Shown one piece after another: positions 56,882 to 64,000 of a DNA stretch of 64,000 bases. This DNA comes from a virus. Position numbers and translations under genes: made by a program. The stretch lies in IMG/VR virus record IMGVR_UViG_3300042474_001633, positions 1 through 64,000 of that record; one strand, given 5' to 3'. The first letter of the stretch is position 1. Each line of letters starts with the position of its first letter. The notes beneath the pieces were generated by a model. It was not told where the DNA came from and did not search any database. It saw only the letters and a program-made list of their open reading frames with translations.

Positions 56882-56942
56882 AAAAAAAGAGACGCAAGAA
56901 CCGGGGGCTGCACGTTGCCCTGTGCCCCCGGCCCTCGCGCCT
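56882..56942 (-). terminator. Long intrinsic terminator hairpin (3' part of sRNA A; could also end HNH transcription)
   Basis: AGGCGCGAGGGCCGGGGGC pairs with GCCCCCGGUUCUUGCGUCU, then CUUUUUUU. Confidence 0.8.
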
Positions 56943-56958
56943 ATAACGGTCCTAAGGA
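56882..56958 (-). ncRNA. Candidate sRNA A with 5' complement of 23S rRNA helix 69
   Basis: TAGAAT -10 (56964-56969); CCUUAGGACCGUUAUAG (56941-56957); 19-bp stem with four G.U pairs; U7 tract. Confidence 0.6.
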
Positions 56959-57009
56959 TATTAATTCTACAACTGAAATGTCTTTCGTGTTGTAAACGCA
57001 AGTAATGTT

Positions 57010-57312
57010 TTAACGTTCCCAGCCGTGCTTGGCTAAACCTAAATCAAAAGCAAGCTGCGGATAGTTTCCAATTCGATTGTGACATGGCCTGCATACCGCA
57101 AGAAGATTTTCCTCATCGAGTATCGACCCACCCTGAGAGCGTCTAATTATTTCGTGAATGTCGCAACTTCTGTTACGAACATATGTCAACTTCTCGTCAT
57201 GTTCAGCAAATACAGGACACGCTTCGCAAAATGGTTTTTTTGACAAAAGTTTTTCTACGAGCGGGCGCCTCAGCAAATACTCTTCTTGTTTCTTTTTTGA
57301 ACGATATTTCAC
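57010..57312 (-). CDS. HNH endonuclease
   Basis: CEAC...DIHE...RSQGGS....NL..VCRPCHN. Confidence 0.88.
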   Translation of the reverse strand: MKYRSKKKQEEYLLRRPLVEKLLSKKPFCEACPVFAEHDEKLTYVRNRSCDIHEIIRRSQGGSILDEENLLAVCRPCHNRIGNYPQLAFDLGLAKHGWER

Positions 57313-57794
57313 TCAGGAGATGTTACATCGTCGAACTGCCATTTATTTTCTAACGATGCCCACAGGGCGACATCGATGTCGGTTGGCTCCATGTCGAACT
57401 CATCCATTAGTGACTTGTGCTTCAAGATTGCTGACTCAAGGAAATTGGCACGAGAGAGTGCGCCCTCGTCTTCGCCCAAGGAGACAACGTAATCGAGACG
57501 CTTGTTAACAAAGAACCTGAAGCGTTCAATTTTTGCTAGCCTGCCGTCGTAAGATTGCATTGCTTCGGCTAGCAGTACCGTGCCGTCGGAACCCAAATCC
57601 GCGTATCTCTGGGAATCAAGTTCTTTATCGTCTTTGATGTCAGCAATTTGCTCATCAAGGTTCCGCACCAGCGCGAGAAGGGCTCGCTTCCAACGCTCGC
57701 GATTTTGGGGCAAATGAATGTATTCGCTCTGTGTGTCTGATACTCGGTTTTTAACATCCTCTGCAACAAGGCGAGCAAACATATCATCATTCAT
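57309..57794 (-). CDS. Hypothetical helical protein
   Basis: Likely start MNDDMF (57794), overlapping the end of the upstream gene. Confidence 0.65.
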   Translation of the reverse strand: MNDDMFARLVAEDVKNRVSDTQSEYIHLPQNRERWKRALLALVRNLDEQIADIKDDKELDSQRYADLGSDGTVLLAEAMQSYDGRLAKIERFRFFVNKRLDYVVSLGEDEGALSRANFLESAILKHKSLMDEFDMEPTDIDVALWASLENKWQFDDVTSPE

Positions 57795-58572
57795 CTTTTG
57801 GGTTCCAATATGTACAGAGATTTGTTTTGAAGTGGCACCAATTGCAGAGGTTTGATGGAATTGCTGTCCATGTTGAATTGTCATATGAATTTACTATCTC
57901 CTTCTTTGTTGTTGTTATTGTATTTCTTGTGCTTACAAAATCATCTGCCGTTGGCAAATGTTTTTTCGCAACACCATCTTTTAGGTATAAAAGCTCCAGA
58001 TTGAATGATTTCTTATTCTCTAGTTCGGCAAGAAGAATCGCGTACAGGCTGAGCTGAAACCATTTATCCGCCATGTACTTGGGTGCTGGGGTTTTCCCCG
58101 TTTTGTAGTCCGTGATTGTCACAACCCCATCGATTTCCGTCCACCTGTCGATGAATCCCTTAATAAGAACGCCATCTATCTCGCCAAGGACTTCGTATTC
58201 AATACCAGAAGGCTGAACCAGAGACGGGTTTTCAAGAAGGAAAATGTTCTCCACGCACCACCATGCGCTCCATCGAAAATCGTTGATTGGCGTTCTCTTC
58301 AGATAAGGGGCAACCCTGTCTGCCCAACCGCCACTGGACCATACGTGAGTACATGCGTGTCGAGCAGACACAACAGTCCTCTCTTCCGGCTGATAGGCGG
58401 CGTAGAAATGCTCCAGCACATCGTGTACGAAATTTCCCAACAATGTCTGCATCGTTGGCGGCTCTTGAATTTTGTCGACACGAGACAGCTTAAACTTCAG
58501 CGGACACTGAATGTACGTTTGAATTGACGAAGCTGAAAGGTGTGCTGGAAGCTCTGGTTTTACATCGCTCAC
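57787..58572 (-). CDS. PD-(D/E)XK exonuclease (RecB / Cas4-like)
   Basis: HLSASSI..Y.QCP...G..VH..LE...GFIDR...DYKTG...QL..YA...CNWC.F...C. Start placed at GTG 58572 (GTGA overlap). Confidence 0.88.
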   Translation of the reverse strand: MSDVKPELPAHLSASSIQTYIQCPLKFKLSRVDKIQEPPTMQTLLGNFVHDVLEHFYAAYQPEERTVVSARHACTHVWSSGGWADRVAPYLKRTPINDFRWSAWWCVENIFLLENPSLVQPSGIEYEVLGEIDGVLIKGFIDRWTEIDGVVTITDYKTGKTPAPKYMADKWFQLSLYAILLAELENKKSFNLELLYLKDGVAKKHLPTADDFVSTRNTITTTKKEIVNSYDNSTWTAIPSNLCNWCHFKTNLCTYWNPKDE

Positions 58573-59240
58573 TTGGCAGGCGCTTCTATGATTGTCCCAC
58601 CAAATGTTAAACGAGTTGCTTCTGTAAGGAGAAAATTTGCCTGTTCTTCGGTAACGGTGTCTTTTGTGGGTGTTGGCTTGCCGTCGCTCCACTGTGTCCA
58701 CGCAGAACGCAACTGTTCCTTTTGGTCTTTGCTCAAACCCTTACTTACAGACATGAAGCTTTCCCAGGTCATCTTTGATGGCGAGGGTGGCTCCGAGGCA
58801 GTAACCATCTCGGCCTCCATTACCTGTTCGATTTCGATTGCGTCGTCAGTACGAGATAAGTACAAACCGACACCAAGGCTTTGGGCTGCTTTCTTGAACG
58901 CGTTTGACTCTGCGCTCTTGTACGCATCGCCAAGGTCGACAATCTGACCTTGCTTGGTGCGCATAATCTTTGCTGCATCAATTCCATCGCGAGATACGGC
59001 TGGGTGCTCATCCGTTGCAAGCCAAGTAATGCGGACATGAGCCATAATCCAGTCAGTATCAATTGCGTCGCGTTCACACTTGATTACCTTGCGCGACCAC
59101 TTCCCAACACCGAGAACCTTATTGAGACGGTTGGTTACTTCGGTAACTGGGATGTATAGAAGATTCGTTCCACTTTTATTAACTGAACGCACCATCTCTG
59201 GTGGGAACGACTCTGATAGTTGTTGGTATATGTCTGACAT
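58569..59240 (-). CDS. Rad52/Rad22-like single-strand annealing protein (Sak-type)
   Basis: YI....V..RLN.VLG...W...K.AESNAFKKAA..LGVG.YL. Confidence 0.85.
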   Translation of the reverse strand: MSDIYQQLSESFPPEMVRSVNKSGTNLLYIPVTEVTNRLNKVLGVGKWSRKVIKCERDAIDTDWIMAHVRITWLATDEHPAVSRDGIDAAKIMRTKQGQIVDLGDAYKSAESNAFKKAAQSLGVGLYLSRTDDAIEIEQVMEAEMVTASEPPSPSKMTWESFMSVSKGLSKDQKEQLRSAWTQWSDGKPTPTKDTVTEEQANFLLTEATRLTFGGTIIEAPAK

Positions 59241-59241
59241 T

Positions 59242-59760
59242 TTATTTAGCCTTTCGTACGATAATGCTTGTTTTGGATTCGCTCACTTCACAAAAGCTAT
59301 CTGCAGATACTCCAATTTTGGCAAGTTCTTTTATTCGCCAGTATGAAACTGCTGCAAAGTCGAGCATTTTTACCATCATGTCCTGTGGGGTCATGATTAC
59401 CTCTCCAGTATCAAGGTCAACCGCCATGTCATTGATTCGACTAGCAACATTCTTTGCAAGGCCTTCGTGGTCCCACTTCTTCCTGTCAGAACCACCCTTT
59501 TTCTCGATTAAACTTCCGTCGCTAGATGACACTTCTGGGACGTTGGCCATTTTGCCAATCATGGAATGACAAACCGAGTCGTACATAACTGACATTTCTG
59601 CCTTAAGAGCATGAACGCTCACCATTGCATCAGCGACTTCGGAAAGCGGTTCATCGCTCAAACACATTTCCTTGAACAATTTATCCAAAGTCATGAAGTC
59701 CCCTGTCATTTTTGCGACAAGTTCTTTAAACTCGGACGTAGTGATGTTTTCGTTACTCAT
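59242..59760 (-). CDS. Hypothetical protein of the recombination module
   Basis: 172-aa ORF with DLDTGEV motif and AAGGGG SD. Confidence 0.65.
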   Translation of the reverse strand: MSNENITTSEFKELVAKMTGDFMTLDKLFKEMCLSDEPLSEVADAMVSVHALKAEMSVMYDSVCHSMIGKMANVPEVSSSDGSLIEKKGGSDRKKWDHEGLAKNVASRINDMAVDLDTGEVIMTPQDMMVKMLDFAAVSYWRIKELAKIGVSADSFCEVSESKTSIIVRKAK

Positions 59761-59789
59761 ATATACCCCTTGCTCTAGTTGATACTTTG

Positions 59790-61094
59790 TCAGATGATTA
59801 TAGACACCGGACGCCGCTGCGGCAACCCCAAGCCAGCTAAAAATGAAAAAGCTCCAACCGCCGAGTCCACCTGGTCGTCGTGGTCACAGGCCTCAGGGAA
59901 GGATGAAAATTCGTCGAACCAGTCGGTTAGCCATGAGCCTCGCACGACACGGACATTGCCATTTGCAACCGCTGCGGAAAAGGGTCGGGAACGGGTTAGC
60001 TTGTCTCCAGTGGAGCGTATTCCTTGAAAATCATACCCAGGAACGACATATCGGGCATATTGGTCAACTAGAGCCTTTCCAGACGAACCCGGTTCTTGCT
60101 CCATCCTGATTGCAACAGAGTGACCATCTTCATAAGCTGTTTGCGCAATTAGCTGTTCTACTTTTTCGTTTTTAACTCTCTGTCTGCGCACATCCAGAAC
60201 ATAGGCAATGCCCTGGTCGAAAAGCATCAGTGTTCCAACGGTGTAGTCGGGGTTCGGATTGCTAGACGATGGCTCGGTGGCCGCCAAGTCCCAGAATCTC
60301 ACGGCACGTGCAGATGACAACACCTGTGGAACTTCAGAGGAATCAATAACAACAAAATTAGTTCTATCAAAAAGAGTTCCTAAAGTAGTAGCCCACCAGT
60401 CGCCCATCTCGAGCCTTCTGCGCTCAATCGGGTCCAGGGCGGACAGGGCCTGACGATATGAGTCAGCATCGATTCCGGGGTTGTCAGTAAGCATCGACGG
60501 AACGAAAATCCTCCCAGAATCCGCTCCCTCCACGATGAATCTTTGTCTGACCCAGTTGGGTGCTGGGTTTGAAGCCGCCCTCATCCTCAGCGGAACCTTG
60601 GAAAGCTCGCCTGTTGCTGGTCGGCGCAAGCGAGAGAACAGGTATCGATAATCAGATTCCCTGATTTCGGTCACCTCATCCATTCCAATAAATTGAAATT
60701 CCGAACCTTTATATCGAAGGTAGTCATTGGTGTTGTTCAGATACCCGAATGATATTCGAGCCCCAGACGGAAAGGTGGCTACATAGGTGCTGCCATTCCA
60801 ATGGACTTCGTCATAATTTGAAATCCATGAGCGGAATCGGTCCATTAGGGCGCCAGGGAGCGCGAGGTCTGCGTAAGTCTTTCTAAAGAGAATCGCTGAA
60901 TACCCAGGGATGTCAACGTATTGCATGGCCGACATAAGTAGGGCTGAACTCTTGCCTCCGCCAGCAGCCCCACCGAATAATGCCTCTATAGAGTAAGAAC
61001 GCAAAAATACTTTCTGAGTTATGGATGGCGCCTCAGGACAATAAAGCGGTTCCTTCGGTTTTAGATATTCGAGAACTTTGTCCCAATTCGTCAT
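59790..61094 (-). CDS. Terminase large subunit
   Basis: GGAAGGGKS Walker A, IGMDE Walker B, WDLAA and HDDQVD nuclease motifs. Confidence 0.95.
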   Translation of the reverse strand: MTNWDKVLEYLKPKEPLYCPEAPSITQKVFLRSYSIEALFGGAAGGGKSSALLMSAMQYVDIPGYSAILFRKTYADLALPGALMDRFRSWISNYDEVHWNGSTYVATFPSGARISFGYLNNTNDYLRYKGSEFQFIGMDEVTEIRESDYRYLFSRLRRPATGELSKVPLRMRAASNPAPNWVRQRFIVEGADSGRIFVPSMLTDNPGIDADSYRQALSALDPIERRRLEMGDWWATTLGTLFDRTNFVVIDSSEVPQVLSSARAVRFWDLAATEPSSSNPNPDYTVGTLMLFDQGIAYVLDVRRQRVKNEKVEQLIAQTAYEDGHSVAIRMEQEPGSSGKALVDQYARYVVPGYDFQGIRSTGDKLTRSRPFSAAVANGNVRVVRGSWLTDWFDEFSSFPEACDHDDQVDSAVGAFSFLAGLGLPQRRPVSIII

Positions 61095-61173
61095 TTATAA
61101 GCCTGCTCTCTGCCGAGAATGATAAACCATACTAGTATTAAATTATGCAATGTTCTGTTTTTGATGAGGAGAC

Positions 61174-61338
61174 ATGAAAATAGTACAATGGTTTACTAGG
61201 GCAAGAGCTGCCAATCTCCTTATGGGGTCATTTATAATTATGACTACAACAGGTGCGTTTATTTTTAGCATTCCGGTCGGATTCTTAGTGGCTGGCGTGT
61301 GCTGTGGGGCTGTTGGCCTGCTGCTCGGACTGGATTAA
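61174..61338 (+). CDS. Small membrane protein upstream of the portal (54 aa, not in ORF track)
   Basis: GAGGAG SD; MKIVQWFTRARAANLLMGSFIIMTTTGAFIFSIPVGFLVAGVCCGAVGLLLGLD. Confidence 0.7.
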   Translation: MKIVQWFTRARAANLLMGSFIIMTTTGAFIFSIPVGFLVAGVCCGAVGLLLGLD

Positions 61339-61347
61339 TCATAAAAC

Positions 61348-63636
61348 ATGGCTTGGAACTCAACCAATAACAAATCTGCTTCATCGTCAGGGCAAAAGTC
61401 CGCTATTGGACCTGGCGCCCCAGTTGCATACAACACCGGTCTTCAAGGTAAACCCTATAGGGACTCTTGGGATATCGAACGTGCATACAGAGAGGGAATG
61501 CAGAAGGTCACATGGGTTAATAGGTGTATTGACGCAATAGCAGGGAACCAAGCAAGACTTCCAGCAATACTCCGCGAAGACAATTCTCCAGACGGAAAAA
61601 TTGTAACAAATAACAGAGACCATAAAATTCTCAATTTGCTAAACACTAAAGCAAATATTGGCGAAAACTCTTTTGTATTCAGATACAGGCTTTCTTCTCA
61701 GCTACTCATGTCAACCAGGGGTGCATTTATTGAGAAGGTTAGAGGGAGAAATGGTGGAGTCATAGCGCTACACCTTCTTCCACCGCAACACACATCCCCA
61801 ATTCCAGATGCAAAAAATTTCATTGCAGGTTTTGAAGTGGACATGCGGAACGGCACTAAAGCAATTCTAAAACCGCAAGATGTCATATGGATTCGCAAGC
61901 CTCACCCCCTAGACCCATATCTGTCACTGACTCCACTTGAATCAGCTGGTGTCGCTATTGAAATAGAAAATCTTTCAAAAATTTATAACAGGAATTTCCT
62001 GCTCAACGACGGCAGGCCGGGTGGTTTGCTTGTTGTGCGAGGGGAAATAGATGACGACGACAAAGATGAATTGCGTAGTCGTTTCCGTGGAAATATAAAT
62101 CGCGCCGGTGCAGTGACTGTCGTCTCATCAGACGAAGGTGTCGACTATGTGGATACTGGCTCAAATCCTCGTGACGCCAACTACATCCAGATGCGACAAA
62201 TCACCAAAGAAGAAATTCTTGCTTCCTTCGGAGTTCCAGAGTCAGTCATCGGCAATGCATCAGGAAGAACCTTCAGTAATGCCGCAGAAGAGCATCGAGT
62301 GTTTTGGAATGAAACAATGCTGCCGCACATGGAGCTGATTGGGCGCGGCCTAGATGAGCTAGATGATGAGTACTACATTGACTTTGACACTTCGGAAGTT
62401 CCAATTCTTGTTCTTTACAAGCAAGAAAGAGAACGTTATTTGCTTGATGAATTTCAGAACGGTCTCATTAGTGGAAATGAATACAGAAGAGAAACGGGTC
62501 GAAAGAAAATTGATTCCGACCTAATGCAAGCAATGCTTGCCAATCCAAACCTCACGCCGATTGGATACACCGATAAGAAGTTTGATTCAACACAACAGGC
62601 AGCACAAATGGCGGCTGCGGGTGGCGCGCAGCCGGGAATGCCCGGTGTTGCGGCGGCAGGAATGGTTCCAGATGGACAACCACCAGCACCCGGACAAGAA
62701 CCCACAGGGCAACCAGAACAGCCGGCTGCGCCAGGTGAGATACCTGCTCAATTAGTTAATTTTAATGAAAAACCGAGCACCATGACTGAAGCGCTTGCCG
62801 CAGAAGGACAGGGGCAGCAGCAACCAGTGATGGCTTCGCCGACCGCACTATCAGCGTTTGATAACGGAATGCAGTTCAAGTCTGCCAATAAAGAACTTTC
62901 TGAGTGGGAGCAAAAAGCCGTTGAAAACGCGGACCGATGGGTTGAAATTCTTGATAGAAATGTTGAAAGATTCATGGAGCGACAGCAGCGTGTCGTGATG
63001 GAAAAAGCTTCTGGAGCAAAATCAAAAAAACTAATCACCTCTGGCACCTTGACTGTAGAAAACATCTTTGATGAGCAGGTCTGGAATAAGCAGCTTGAAG
63101 AAGATGTAAAGCCAGTTATCGCAGGTATTTCTGCTGATGCCACGCGATTGGTGAGCGAACAAGCAGGAATGCCCGCGGACGAAAACTCAGAAGAAATGCA
63201 ACAAGATATCGAATCGCAGATGGAGCGAATGAAGAAAATAAATTCAACAACCAAAGATGAAATAGCTTCAGCAATTCTTATCGCTCTTGCTCTTGCAGAT
63301 GACGAGGATAGGGTTGGAATGTTGAAAGCAGCCTTGCTCGCAATATTCATGAACCTGCTTTCGAAGCGCCGCAGGATAATCGCGGAACATGAGTCCCAAA
63401 CTGCCTATAACTCTGGCGTTTATCATGCTGCCAAAGGGATAGGCGCATCGACGAAGACCTGGATTGCAAATAAGGATGCTCAGGTCAGGCCGGAACATAG
63501 ATTGCTCGACGGAAATACAACATCGATTGATTCGGCGTTTAGTGTTTCAGGCAAGGACATTAGATTCCCAGGAGACCCACTGGCTCCGCCGCACCTAACA
63601 ATTAACTGCAGGTGCAGACTGTCGTTCTCAATCTGA
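61348..63636 (+). CDS. HK97-type portal protein fused to a Mu gpF / SPP1 gp7-like head morphogenesis domain
   Basis: V.RCIDAIA, LSPL-like LTPLESA, N.GRPGG, I...FGVP..VIG; C-terminal KTW...D..VRPEH...FPGDP...INCRC. Confidence 0.92.
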   Translation: MAWNSTNNKSASSSGQKSAIGPGAPVAYNTGLQGKPYRDSWDIERAYREGMQKVTWVNRCIDAIAGNQARLPAILREDNSPDGKIVTNNRDHKILNLLNTKANIGENSFVFRYRLSSQLLMSTRGAFIEKVRGRNGGVIALHLLPPQHTSPIPDAKNFIAGFEVDMRNGTKAILKPQDVIWIRKPHPLDPYLSLTPLESAGVAIEIENLSKIYNRNFLLNDGRPGGLLVVRGEIDDDDKDELRSRFRGNINRAGAVTVVSSDEGVDYVDTGSNPRDANYIQMRQITKEEILASFGVPESVIGNASGRTFSNAAEEHRVFWNETMLPHMELIGRGLDELDDEYYIDFDTSEVPILVLYKQERERYLLDEFQNGLISGNEYRRETGRKKIDSDLMQAMLANPNLTPIGYTDKKFDSTQQAAQMAAAGGAQPGMPGVAAAGMVPDGQPPAPGQEPTGQPEQPAAPGEIPAQLVNFNEKPSTMTEALAAEGQGQQQPVMASPTALSAFDNGMQFKSANKELSEWEQKAVENADRWVEILDRNVERFMERQQRVVMEKASGAKSKKLITSGTLTVENIFDEQVWNKQLEEDVKPVIAGISADATRLVSEQAGMPADENSEEMQQDIESQMERMKKINSTTKDEIASAILIALALADDEDRVGMLKAALLAIFMNLLSKRRRIIAEHESQTAYNSGVYHAAKGIGASTKTWIANKDAQVRPEHRLLDGNTTSIDSAFSVSGKDIRFPGDPLAPPHLTINCRCRLSFSI

Positions 63637-63720
63637 CTTTACTAAAACTCGAGAATAGTTTCGCCAGAACTGTCTCATAATTGTTTATCATTGGATAAAC
63701 ACTATGGAAAGCGCCACAAC

Positions 63721-64000
63721 ATGAGCAATATTGCCAATGACTTTACTGAAACTCAATACAAAGCGATTCCTGGGCAAATCAACACGATTGAATCAAAGGG
63801 AATAGTTGAGTGTTTTGTTGCGGGCATTGGCAATAAGGACAGCGTAGGGGACATATGCCTACCTGGTTGCTTCAATGGCTCTCTTGGACGACGCAAGCCT
63901 CGCGTTGTATGGGGCCACAACTGGAACGAACCAATTGGAAAAGTTCTTGAAATTTACGAAGTTGGACCAAACGACCCACGTCTTCCAGCGAAGATGAAAG
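63721..64000 (+). CDS. Prohead protease (HK97 family), runs off right edge
   Basis: G.VECFVAGIGNKDSVGD...PG.F..SL.....VVWGHNWNEPIGK. Confidence 0.85.
   Translation, partial: MSNIANDFTETQYKAIPGQINTIESKGIVECFVAGIGNKDSVGDICLPGCFNGSLGRRKPRVVWGHNWNEPIGKVLEIYEVGPNDPRLPAKMK

Noticed and set aside
56941-56957. Homing-endonuclease site (I-CeuI-type) or rRNA gene remnant
   Set aside because: Only 17 nt match and the flanks diverge at once. The neighbouring nuclease is HNH, not LAGLIDADG. No other rRNA-like sequence surrounds either tract. Kept only as a minor alternative to the sRNA model.
57787-58572. Cas4 as part of a CRISPR-Cas system
   Set aside because: Stand-alone PD-(D/E)XK exonuclease coupled to a Rad52-like gene; no cas1/cas2 or array.

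Overview
This is a 64 kb piece of a large tailed dsDNA phage with a contractile (myovirus-type) tail, read in the standard genetic code. Leaderless promoters, the holin type and a 16S-tail match ending CCUUUCU point, by inference, to an actinobacterial host. From left to right it carries: a glyco-modification cassette (0.8-6.5 kb); a holin and virion/fibre genes including a 1501-aa Ser/Gly/Ala/Thr repeat protein; six genes carrying eight 7-bladed beta-propellers (56 blades, constant framework with two hypervariable loops) interleaved with glycosyl-, methyl- and sulfotransferases; five 2OG-Fe(II) oxygenases beside a Pro-rich FN3 protein; baseplate, tape measure, frameshifted chaperone, tube, sheath and neck genes; ParB, RuvC, HNH, an exonuclease and a Rad52-like recombinase; a terminase divergent from a portal-gpF fusion; and the start of the prohead protease. 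The most striking signal is in the 331-bp gap at 56679-57009. It holds two tandem minus-strand promoter-RNA-terminator units. One begins with a 17-nt perfect complement of 23S rRNA helix 69, and the other contains a ~18-bp complement of the 16S rRNA 3' end (anti-Shine-Dalgarno). Together they are a candidate phage small-RNA pair targeting both ribosomal subunits. All calls come from motif reading by eye, and the rRNA sequences were recalled from memory; no searches were run.
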